Below, piece after piece: positions 1 to 8,421 of a stretch of 61,045 nucleotides of DNA (its first letter is position 1; every line of letters begins with the position of its first letter). A program made the translations under genes and the position numbers. The notes beneath the pieces were generated by a model. The model was not told where the DNA came from and ran no database searches. It saw only the letters and a program-made list of their open reading frames with translations. Source of the DNA: Planctomycetota bacterium (GTDB lineage: Bacteria > Planctomycetota > UBA11346); NCBI GenBank assembly GCA_038231435.1, contig JBBRLJ010000032.1, forward strand, positions 1 to 61,045, in the 5' to 3' direction.

Positions 1-168
1 ACACGCGCGTTGGGGGTGGTGTGGTTGTCGTCTGGGCTCATGGCCCCTCCTTTGGCGGGTTCTCCGCCGCGAAGGAGCAGGCATTCCTCAACTACTTTAT
101 CTAATTAATCGTCAGATCATTACTGCAGATAGGACAACCTCGCCACCGGCGCGAAGCGCAAATCCAAG

Positions 169-1173
169 ATGATGCCGATCCCGGGAACGCTCGTGACCAT
201 GGTCATGGGGCGCTCGCGGGGTGACTTGGCCATGCTGCGCATGTCGGTGGGAACCGGCGCGTTGGACAGCGCTCAGGAATACGCGCTCGACACCGGCAGC
301 TTGACCGAGATCCCGTTCAAGATGGGCAAGGGCGGCTGCAACGGGCTGCGCGCCTACCACATATCGTTCCGTGACTTCGTGCACCAGCGCGCCGACGCCA
401 TGCTCACCTCGTTCGCCGAATGGGAGACTTCAGGTTCGCCGAATGGCGTGATGGAGATGCTGCTGGGCGACAAGTCCGCAGACATCCATTACGAGCATGA
501 CACCAAGGGCATCCTCATCCCCGGTGACGACGGCCGCATCTACTGTAGCAACGGCCAGATCCTCGATCGCGACCTCGCCGTCAAGTCGACGATCCAGGGA
601 CAGCGTCTGATCCCGGCATTCGGCGGCATGCTCATGCTCGGACTCGCCCCGGACGGGGCCATGACGGTGTTCTCGTCGGCTACCACCAGGCCGCTCACCA
701 AGATCGGCATATTCCCCGGCTTCCCGAAGATGGATGCTTACGGCAACGTCCCCGACAACGACCGCTTGTCCGCCTGGAACACCAACCGTTTCCAGCTCGA
801 CAAGCAGGTGATGTTCGATGCCGTGGCCGGCCGCCTGATGTTGATCCCGATGACGCTCGACCGCATCGTGCGGAGCACCATCAACGTCAAGCAACTGCTC
901 GACGATTCGGGCGTGGATTACCTGGTGCCAGCATCGGCACCAGGGGTGCTGGCCAGTCGCGGCAAGCCATACCTGTACCACGCCAAGGCGTTGAGCAAGA
1001 CGCCCGCGACCTTCGCGCTCGAAGCGGGTCCCGAGGGCATGAAGGTCGCGAGCGACGGCTCGCTCACCTGGACGCCAGCGAAGGATGCGGCGGGGAAATA
1101 CCAGGTAGTGATGAGCATCACCGCCGGTGGCGAAACCTGTCTTCAATCGTTCGAGGTGTTCGTCGCGCCGTGA
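169..1173 (+). CDS. Hypothetical protein with C-terminal putative Ig (He_PIG-like) domain; probably 5'-truncated
   Basis: High-GC3 ORF; C-terminal TFALEAGPEGMKVASDGSLTWTP is typical of putative Ig repeats. The frame stays open and protein-like upstream (DNLATGAKRKSK) to a TAG at 130-132; no signal peptide. Confidence 0.65.
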   Translation: MMPIPGTLVTMVMGRSRGDLAMLRMSVGTGALDSAQEYALDTGSLTEIPFKMGKGGCNGLRAYHISFRDFVHQRADAMLTSFAEWETSGSPNGVMEMLLGDKSADIHYEHDTKGILIPGDDGRIYCSNGQILDRDLAVKSTIQGQRLIPAFGGMLMLGLAPDGAMTVFSSATTRPLTKIGIFPGFPKMDAYGNVPDNDRLSAWNTNRFQLDKQVMFDAVAGRLMLIPMTLDRIVRSTINVKQLLDDSGVDYLVPASAPGVLASRGKPYLYHAKALSKTPATFALEAGPEGMKVASDGSLTWTPAKDAAGKYQVVMSITAGGETCLQSFEVFVAP

Positions 1174-1200
1174 GGCCTGCTCCGCCGCTGGAGAATATTC

Positions 1201-2115
1201 CTACGGCTTGTGCTGCGTCGTCCAATCCGCGAAGGCGGCGCTGACCTCGGCCGAGCGGAATCGATCGGCGATGGCGCGCGGCGTCCCGTAGTTCGTCACC
1301 AGATCGGGACCGGCGCCGCGTTCGAGCAGCAGGCGGACCATGGCCGCATTCCTGGCCCAGACCGCATCCAACAGCACCTGGTTTGCATTCACGTCGACAC
1401 CGCGATCGAGGATGAGCGTGGCGATCTCGGACCGACCGAGCGACACGGCGGTCTTGAAGGCGAGGGGATCAGGATGCGTTCCCATGAGCGACGCGGCGAC
1501 CGTGGGCGCTCCGGCGAAGATCGCGCTGTCGAGGTCCCACGGCGCGCCGGCGGTGGCGAGCGCCTGCGCGAGCGCCACCTGTTCGGCGGTGCACTCCGGC
1601 CGCAGCAGTCGGCCATAGCAGCCCCTGAACAGCCAGTTCAGCGCGGTCCGCCCCTCGTGGTCCCGCGCAGCGGGATCGGCCCCGGCCGCGATCAGCGCCT
1701 GGCAGCTCTCCGCGGAGCAGCCCCACGCCGCGAAGCTCAGCGGCGTCGCGCCCTCGGGGCCGATCGCGCGCGCCAACTCGGGCTGCTGGGCGAGCATGCC
1801 ACGCACGGTGGCGGCGTCGCCGGCTCGCGCGCGGTAGAAGATCGAATCGGTGGCGCCCCGGGCGAGCAGATGCTCGGCGATGCGGGCATCGCGCGACTCG
1901 ATCAGCGGCGTCCACGGATTCTTCGGATCCGCGGCGTCGATGCGCGCGCCGTGGGCGAGCAGGATGTCGATGGCAGCGTTGACGCCGTCGATGCTGCTGC
2001 GGATCCCGCCTTCGGTGGAGCCGAAGGCGGGGGCGTGCGCCGGTCCATCCTCGAGATTCACCAGGCTGTACTCGGCACCCTTGACCAGAAAATGGAGCGC
2101 CGTGCGTGGGTGCAC
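1201..2115 (-). CDS. Ankyrin-repeat protein, apparently lacking its native start
   Basis: Ankyrin motifs GATPLSFAA, GRTALNW, LLERGAGPD, ILDRGVDVN. The frame is open upstream to about 2305 with no ATG; 2115 is the first GTG. Confidence 0.75.
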   Translation of the reverse strand: MHPRTALHFLVKGAEYSLVNLEDGPAHAPAFGSTEGGIRSSIDGVNAAIDILLAHGARIDAADPKNPWTPLIESRDARIAEHLLARGATDSIFYRARAGDAATVRGMLAQQPELARAIGPEGATPLSFAAWGCSAESCQALIAAGADPAARDHEGRTALNWLFRGCYGRLLRPECTAEQVALAQALATAGAPWDLDSAIFAGAPTVAASLMGTHPDPLAFKTAVSLGRSEIATLILDRGVDVNANQVLLDAVWARNAAMVRLLLERGAGPDLVTNYGTPRAIADRFRSAEVSAAFADWTTQHKP

Positions 2116-2258
2116 GGGATCGTTGTCGCGGATGTCCAGCCAGTCAGTCGCGAGGAACGGGTGGCTGACGCAGAGCCGCTCGAGGTCGGCCAGTTGCTGT
2201 CCCGGAATCTCGCGCGTGATCGCAATGATGGCGCCGAGCAGCTCCTGATATGCCTGGT

Positions 2259-2294
2259 GATCGCCAGACCGGCGCGGGCCGCGTCGGTGGTGTT
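2259..2294. repeat. 36-bp direct repeat copy A (35/36 identical to 4510-4545 inside phyH)
   Basis: gatcgccagaccggcgcgggccgcgtcggtggtgtt versus gatcgccaggccggcgcgggccgcgtcggtggtgtt, read directly. Confidence 0.95.
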
Positions 2295-2446
2295 TGGGGC
2301 GGAATCACTGTCCTGTCCACATTTCTGTCTTTCTACTCCTGCCGTCATGGCGTCGAACGGAGTGACGCTCTTCCAGCGCCCATGGCAGTGAAGTGTCGTC
2401 CTGATCGTGGGTGCATGGTAGGTACAGGGGCACCCTGGAGTCCTCC

Positions 2447-4276
2447 ATGCGCTTCACGTACGTCATCGCCTCGGTCATCGCCTTGGATGTCGCGTGCTGC
2501 GGCCTCGCCCATGCCCAAGAGGTGGTCTCGAAGTCCGGCCGCTACGTGCTGACGGTTCCTGATGGCTGGACGGTGAAGACGGCATTCTCCGGCTCGCCCT
2601 TGGTGATCGCCGCGCAGAGTCCGAAGGAGGATGCCAATGACGACTTCCGGGAGAACGTCGTGGTCATGGCGCTGCCGAAAAAGCCGGACGCGACCGTGGC
2701 CACGGTGGCCGCTCAGCAGGATAGCGAGGCCAAGGAGCGCCGGCCGGACTTCGCGGTGAGCGACGAGACGCCGATCACCGTCGGCGGGCTCACCGGGGTG
2801 GTGCGCATCTGCACCATGACCTTCCCCGAGTTCGTCTCGAAGAACCGCCAGTACGTGCTCGACGCCGGCGACCAGATCGTGGTGATGACCTGCTCGGTGC
2901 CCACCGCGCGCTTCGCCGACTTCGATGCGGTCATGACCAGCATCTGCCAGTCGCTCACCACGAAACCGGCTACCGCCGCGCCGCTGGCGAAGGACCCGGG
3001 CCTCGCGCCAGACGCCAAGGCTATCGAGGCGGTGGTCGCCGCCGCGGTGGCCGCCGGGCTGCCCGACTGCACGAAGGCAGTCATGCTGTCGGGCACCGCG
3101 AAGGTCACTACCACCGTGACCGACAAGGCCGGCGATCCGCCGCTGCCGACACGGCTGTCGACGATGCAGACCACGGGCCCGGACGGCGTCGCGTACACCT
3201 TCGCGATCAAGGGCCTGCACGCGCGGCTCGCGGACGGCACCTGGTGGCTGGGGATGCGCTACCTCGTGAAGCCCGACGCGCTGGTGCGCGTCGACGAGAC
3301 CGCGCTCGAGCCGGTGGTGCTGGCGACGCTTACAGCCGATGCCGCGGTCAGCCACCCGTTCACCCGCGACGACGCCAAGGACTGGCTCGAGGGCGTGTCG
3401 TCGGACGCGCGCGACGCTGCCGGCGCAGTGCTCGAGGCGACCGCCCCAGTGACCTACCGGCTCGAGCTGAACCGCGACGACCTTCCGCTGGCGGTGGTGG
3501 CGCTGTCGCGCGCCGGCTACGCGCACGCGCCGTGGCTCGCGCACGCGCTCGCCCTGCAGCGCGCGCGCGACTACTGGCTGCAGCGCTACTGGGCGCCCGA
3601 GGCATTCCCCTTCGACCCCACCGGCGCATACGACGGCATGAAGGAGCTCGAACAGGCTTGGCGCGACGCGCACAAGACCTTCACCTCAGAAGCCTCCGCC
3701 GAGGCCCTGCGCCGCTCGTTGCACCGGCAGTACCGTGCGTGGCTGATGAATCCGGAACCCTCGCAGCCGCTGAATGCCGCGCAGGCCGCCAAGGCCGCGA
3801 TCGGCACCTTGGACCCGAAGGATCCGCAGCACCGCACGGCGGGCATCGAGACCCTGCTCGCCGCCGCGGCCCTACCTGTCAGCCCGGTCAAGGACGCGAC
3901 CGTGGCGCAGCGACTGCAGGCGTGGGCTGCGCCCTCGCACGAGGCGCCGAAGTTCCGCGTGCAGGGCGGTGGCGGCGCCGGAGGTGCGACCATGAGCACC
4001 AGCTTCGTCAGCGAGGTCCCCGCGTACGTGCCTCTCGATGCGGACCTGCCGGCGCTGATCGCGCTGGTCGGCGATGCGCGTCCGTCGCGCTGGAAGGATT
4101 TCAGCGGTGCGCGTAGCGTCGGCGACAATGCCCTGCGCGCGATCGCCGAGCTCCTGAAGGAGGATCCGCGCGTCCACGGTGCCACGACTGGGCTCGGACC
4201 GTGGAGCGCCAAGGAGCGCACCGCGACGGCGACGGCGCTCGCCGCGTGGTGGAAGCAGGAACATCCGAAACCCTGA
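2447..4276 (+). CDS. Secreted protein with N-terminal DcrB/PsbP-like domain and large uncharacterised C-terminal region
   Basis: GGAG RBS; signal peptide (MRFTYVIASVIALDVACCGLAHA); YVLTVPDGW...FRENVVV...QIVVMTCS...FDAVMTSICQSL resembles the PsbP/DcrB fold. Confidence 0.7.
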   Translation: MRFTYVIASVIALDVACCGLAHAQEVVSKSGRYVLTVPDGWTVKTAFSGSPLVIAAQSPKEDANDDFRENVVVMALPKKPDATVATVAAQQDSEAKERRPDFAVSDETPITVGGLTGVVRICTMTFPEFVSKNRQYVLDAGDQIVVMTCSVPTARFADFDAVMTSICQSLTTKPATAAPLAKDPGLAPDAKAIEAVVAAAVAAGLPDCTKAVMLSGTAKVTTTVTDKAGDPPLPTRLSTMQTTGPDGVAYTFAIKGLHARLADGTWWLGMRYLVKPDALVRVDETALEPVVLATLTADAAVSHPFTRDDAKDWLEGVSSDARDAAGAVLEATAPVTYRLELNRDDLPLAVVALSRAGYAHAPWLAHALALQRARDYWLQRYWAPEAFPFDPTGAYDGMKELEQAWRDAHKTFTSEASAEALRRSLHRQYRAWLMNPEPSQPLNAAQAAKAAIGTLDPKDPQHRTAGIETLLAAAALPVSPVKDATVAQRLQAWAAPSHEAPKFRVQGGGGAGGATMSTSFVSEVPAYVPLDADLPALIALVGDARPSRWKDFSGARSVGDNALRAIAELLKEDPRVHGATTGLGPWSAKERTATATALAAWWKQEHPKP

Positions 4277-4365
4277 TTGGACCGGGCGTCAAAACCCCAT
4301 TCCTATTATTCCAGGACAGGCGCTTTTCGATTCTGGGACTGTCCTGAACTTCGGCCATATGTCGC

Positions 4366-5175
4366 TCAACCAACCATCGACTCCCATTGTCCTCGCTGAT
4401 CCTCGCCATAGATCTCCAGGCCACCGTCGGCGCCCGGACCGCAGAGGATCGGATGCGGCCAGCCATCGGCGGCGAGTTCGGCGGTGCGCAGGGCCAGGTC
4501 CTGGACGTGGATCGCCAGGCCGGCGCGGGCCGCGTCGGTGGTGTTGGCCTTGGTGCAGTGCGGGACGCCGTAGTTGAAGAACAGCACGCCGCCGGCGGGG
4601 ATCTCGATCGGCACGGCCAGGGCTTCATCGGGGCGCGTCGCCAGGTGGATGTGGTGGTCGCTGCCCGGATCGCGCTGGTGTGCGCCGGTAGCCGCGAAGG
4701 CGCGCGGGATGACGTGCATGGTGCCGTTGGCGAGCGACGCATCGTGCAGCGCGATCCACATGCCGAGACCGCGATGGCACAGCGCATCGGCGCAGTCGCG
4801 GAAATAGGCGTTATCCTGATGCCAGCTGGTGCCGGTGCCATGGCGAGCTGGCTTGATGAAGATCTGATCCAGGCGCAGGAACAGGTCCGTGCCGAGGATG
4901 GCATGGGCTTGCGTGACCAGCTTCTTGGCGAACGGCAGCGCGCGCAGAGTCGGAGAGCGCGGCGAGAGCGGGCATATCTGCAGGTTCATGGCGGGGCCCG
5001 CTGCCGTCGCGCCCGCTCCGGCGGTGGCTTGGGTGGCGACGTTGCGCACCTCGCCCGCAGCCATCAGCCGGTCGAGTTCAGCGCGCATCAGGGCCACTTC
5101 ACCGGTACTGAAGAAGCGGGGATCGATCGCGTAGCCGAGGCGGCGCTGGTCGGCGAGCTGGGTCGGAGTGAGCAT
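4366..5175 (-). CDS. Phytanoyl-CoA dioxygenase (PhyH) family Fe(II)/2OG oxygenase
   Basis: AGGAG RBS; IFIKP, WHQD, WIALHDASLANGTMHVIP, distal His (VPHCT). Confidence 0.9.
   Translation of the reverse strand: MLTPTQLADQRRLGYAIDPRFFSTGEVALMRAELDRLMAAGEVRNVATQATAGAGATAAGPAMNLQICPLSPRSPTLRALPFAKKLVTQAHAILGTDLFLRLDQIFIKPARHGTGTSWHQDNAYFRDCADALCHRGLGMWIALHDASLANGTMHVIPRAFAATGAHQRDPGSDHHIHLATRPDEALAVPIEIPAGGVLFFNYGVPHCTKANTTDAARAGLAIHVQDLALRTAELAADGWPHPILCGPGADGGLEIYGEDQRGQWESMVG
4510..4545. repeat. 36-bp direct repeat copy B (encodes NTTDAARAGLAI of PhyH on the minus strand)
   Basis: Matches 2259-2294 with one mismatch. Confidence 0.95.
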
Positions 5176-5311
5176 GGTCGGCTCCTGGCGAGTGCGTGGA
5201 GGATGCGTAATCGGCGCGAGGTGGGTGCGATCCTGCTCCAGACCGCATGGCTTGGCATCCTGTCGAGCAGGCTCGCGCAGAATCGGTGACAAAGCCCTGG
5301 CGGGACGACGG

Positions 5312-6340
5312 TCACACCGCGACGCGAACGCCGTCGCGTCCTGATCGGATCGACGCCTCGGCCAGGTGCAGGGCGCGCCGCCCCGCGCAGATCGGGATCG
5401 GCGGCGCCTCGCCGGCACGGAAGGCCGCGAGGATGGCCGCCAGGTGGCGGTCGAACGTCTGATGGAAGCTGCGTCCGCCGTCATCGAAGTAGCCCGCCTC
5501 CCATACCTCGCCGAGGTCGCTGCCGTGTCGGTGGCAGGTGAAGCGCCGCACGGTGTCGTCGACGATCACGCGGCCTGCGTCGCCGCAGATCTCGAGGCGA
5601 TGCGCGCCGGGATGCGCGTACGAAGCGTCGTAGCTGCCAACCAGCGCGCCGACGGCGCCAGACTTGAAGCCGAGCGCGATCGCCATCGTGCTCGGGCCCT
5701 TGGACGGATCCTCGCGCATCTGCGCCATCACCGACGAGATCGGGCCGCACAGGTCCTCGAGCTGGTCGAAGCCGTGGCACTGGGTCTCGATGAGGTTGTC
5801 GTGGCGATCGCATCGGCCTCCTTCGCCGCCGAATCGCCAGGTGGCGAAAACCGGGCGGCCGATGCGGCCGGCGGCGATGGCCTCGCGCGCGAGCACGATC
5901 GGACGCGCGTAGCGGTGATTGAAATTGATCGCGGCGAAGAGGCCGCGTCGCGAGGCCTCCTCGACCAGGACATCGGCTTCGGCACAGTCGAAGACCAGCG
6001 GCTTCTCGACCACGACGTGGCATCCCCGCTGCAGCAGGCGGAGCGTCGGCGCGAAATGCTCGCGATTCGGTAGCGACACCATCACCAAGTCAGGGCGTTC
6101 GTGCTCGATCATGGCATCGAGGTCGTCGTACGGGCGGCCGCCGTAGACGCTGGCGCGCGCGCTCGCGCGGGCGAGGGTCCGGCTGAAGATCCCGGCGAGT
6201 TCGACGTCAGGGCGCGCGGCGCAGGCACGGGCGTGCTGCTCGCCCCAGCCGCCAGCGCCGACGACGCAGATGCGGGTGCGCGCTCCGGTACAGCGACCTG
6301 GATCGACGGGGCGGTCGAGGGAGGCATCGACCGCGCTCAT
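5312..6340 (-). CDS. Gfo/Idh/MocA family oxidoreductase
   Basis: VVGAGGWG Rossmann motif, HVVVEKP, NFNHRY; start overlaps upstream stop (ATGA). Confidence 0.92.
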   Translation of the reverse strand: MSAVDASLDRPVDPGRCTGARTRICVVGAGGWGEQHARACAARPDVELAGIFSRTLARASARASVYGGRPYDDLDAMIEHERPDLVMVSLPNREHFAPTLRLLQRGCHVVVEKPLVFDCAEADVLVEEASRRGLFAAINFNHRYARPIVLAREAIAAGRIGRPVFATWRFGGEGGRCDRHDNLIETQCHGFDQLEDLCGPISSVMAQMREDPSKGPSTMAIALGFKSGAVGALVGSYDASYAHPGAHRLEICGDAGRVIVDDTVRRFTCHRHGSDLGEVWEAGYFDDGGRSFHQTFDRHLAAILAAFRAGEAPPIPICAGRRALHLAEASIRSGRDGVRVAV

Positions 6341-7344
6341 GCGGCCTCCTCGTGCACGGCCACCACCTTGCCGGTGCTGCCGCCCAGGAACATCGCGAAG
6401 GCGGCCGCGAGATCGTTGGCCGGGACGCGATGGGTGATGATGCGCGAGAAATATTCGCGGTGGCCGTGCAGCAGCGCCAGGTTACGCGCGATATCGGCTA
6501 TCGGGAAATACTCCGAACCGAGCACGGCGCGCTCGGGCCCGATGAGATCGCGGGAAACCTCCAGGGAGAGCCCTCCACCATGCCCGACGCAGATCAGCAC
6601 GCCGCAGGGTGCGAGGGCGGCCATGCCTTCCGAGCGGGCCGAGCTCGCGCCGGTGGTGTCGATGACCACGTCGAAGGCTCCCTTGTCGGCGAGCTCCCCG
6701 GCCGTGATCGGCATGCCGCCCAGGCGCTCCACCATCTCGAGCCGGAACGGTACGCGGTCGGTGACGGCGACGGGAACGAGATCGCCGAAGCGCACGCGCG
6801 CCATCGCCAGTACGCCGAGGCCGATCGGACCAGCGCCCATGACCGCCACGCGGCGGATGTCCGGATGCACCAGCGCTGCACGGTCGAGCGCGTGTCCGCC
6901 GGTTCCCATGACGTCCAGCAGCAGGGTGGCCTCGACGGCAGGGATGCCGGGAGCGGGAACGAAGGCGGACTCCGACATCACCGTGTGCGACGCGTATCCG
7001 CCATCCATGCTGAAGCCGAGGTCGCCACGCTTGGCCGCGCACTGGTTGGTGCGCCCAGCACGGCACCAGCGGCAGGCGCCGCAGGCATCCATCAGGTACG
7101 CGACGCCTGCCGTTCCGACCGGGAGGGTGGCCCCCGCCCCGCGGGCGATCACCGTGCCCGCGAGCTCATGCCCCGGCGCGATCGCGCTGCCGTTCTCGAA
7201 CTGCCAGCGGTCGGAACCGCACAGCGCGTTCGCCGCGACGCGCAGCAGGAGCTGTCCTGGGCCGGGAGCGGGCATGGGGCGTTCCTCCCACGAGATGCCG
7301 CCATGTCCGGTGAAGAGAGGGAAGCGCATCCGCTCGTCGCGCAT
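6337..7344 (-). CDS. Zinc-dependent alcohol dehydrogenase (MDR family)
   Basis: CGSD, GHE, CGACRWC...C structural zinc site, GAGPIG; AGGAG RBS before the ATG at 7344. Confidence 0.92.
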   Translation of the reverse strand: MRDERMRFPLFTGHGGISWEERPMPAPGPGQLLLRVAANALCGSDRWQFENGSAIAPGHELAGTVIARGAGATLPVGTAGVAYLMDACGACRWCRAGRTNQCAAKRGDLGFSMDGGYASHTVMSESAFVPAPGIPAVEATLLLDVMGTGGHALDRAALVHPDIRRVAVMGAGPIGLGVLAMARVRFGDLVPVAVTDRVPFRLEMVERLGGMPITAGELADKGAFDVVIDTTGASSARSEGMAALAPCGVLICVGHGGGLSLEVSRDLIGPERAVLGSEYFPIADIARNLALLHGHREYFSRIITHRVPANDLAAAFAMFLGGSTGKVVAVHEEAA

Positions 7345-7414
7345 GACGTTGCTCCTGTGACCGCGGATTCTGCCGTTGCTGACGCCCGCTTCTGGGCATA
7401 ATCGCCATCGAACC

Positions 7415-8263
7415 ATGCAAAAACGCCGGACGGTCGAGGGCCTCACCTGCGAGGTCGGCCATAGCCGACATCCGGAAGCGGCGCTCCATCATCACGACCT
7501 CCTTGAGGTGGGCTGGTGTCGCGAAGGCCACGGCACGCTCCTGGTTGATGGGCGCATCGAGCGCTTCGCGGCGCCATGCGCGGCGATCGTCCGCCCGGGA
7601 TGCCGTCACTTCCATCATGCCGTCCCAGGCACCGTCAGCCGCTGGACCTTCGTATTCGTGGATCCGGCACGCCTGCTGGCGCCCGGAGCCACTGCGCTGG
7701 CGATCGCCCCGCCAGCGGCAAGAGCGGTGCTGACGCCGTCCGAGAATCCCGCGGTCTGCGGCCCCGCGCGACTGCTCGCCGAGGCGTGGGAGATGCGCGC
7801 GCTCGACCCCGATTGGGTCGGTGGCCAGGTGCAATCGCTGCTCGCCGCATGGCGCATCCACGCGCGACGCGAGCCGTCGGGCAGAGCTTCGGGGATGAGC
7901 GCGGTCGGCGGCGCGGTTCTCCCTCGCGGCGCCACCGCGGTCGCCACGCTCGACCCGGCGATGCGCCTGCTCGCCGAGCGGGGAGGCGCGGTGCGCGTGT
8001 CGGATCTCGCACGTGCGTGCGGCCTCGCGGCCAGCAGCCTGCGCGAAGCGTTCGTGCGCGCCCACGGCATGCCACCCAAGCGGTTCCTCGACCGGTACCG
8101 CCTGCACATGGCGGCGGCGGGGCTGCTGGCCATGCCTGAGCGTCGCATCCTGTCCATCGCCATGGATTGCGGCTTCGCGAGCCAGAGCGCATTCAACCGC
8201 GCGTTCCGCAAGGAGTACGCCAGCGGTCCGCGCGCGTGGCGGAGGGACGCAGGGCGCGCGTGA
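7415..8263 (+). CDS. AraC family transcriptional regulator (cupin N-domain)
   Basis: LHHHDLLEVG cupin; C-terminal double HTH (IAMDCGFASQSAFNRAFRK); divergent from the ADH operon. Confidence 0.92.
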   Translation: MQKRRTVEGLTCEVGHSRHPEAALHHHDLLEVGWCREGHGTLLVDGRIERFAAPCAAIVRPGCRHFHHAVPGTVSRWTFVFVDPARLLAPGATALAIAPPAARAVLTPSENPAVCGPARLLAEAWEMRALDPDWVGGQVQSLLAAWRIHARREPSGRASGMSAVGGAVLPRGATAVATLDPAMRLLAERGGAVRVSDLARACGLAASSLREAFVRAHGMPPKRFLDRYRLHMAAAGLLAMPERRILSIAMDCGFASQSAFNRAFRKEYASGPRAWRRDAGRA

Positions 8264-8364
8264 GGCATTGGCGCGCGTGGCGGTGGTCGGGGGTGGGGAT
8301 CAACTGGAGCGGTCCTGAGCGGGCCGAGAACCGGCCGCGCCCAGCAAAAAATGGTAAGTCGATC

Positions 8365-8378
8365 GTGAAACGGTAACA
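8365..8378. promoter_or_regulatory. Possible LacI-family operator
   Basis: GTGAAACGGTAACA, an imperfect CG-centred palindrome in the AT-rich region about 45 bp upstream of a glycosidase. Confidence 0.35.
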
Positions 8379-8421
8379 ACACGCCGTTGCGGGGCGTCTC
8401 CGCATTCCAGGATCCGATTGC

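Noticed and set aside
2259..4545. 36-bp repeat as a CRISPR repeat or prophage att pair
   Set aside because: Only two copies 2.25 kb apart, one protein-coding; no cas, integrase or tRNA; excision would not restore a sensible phyH end.
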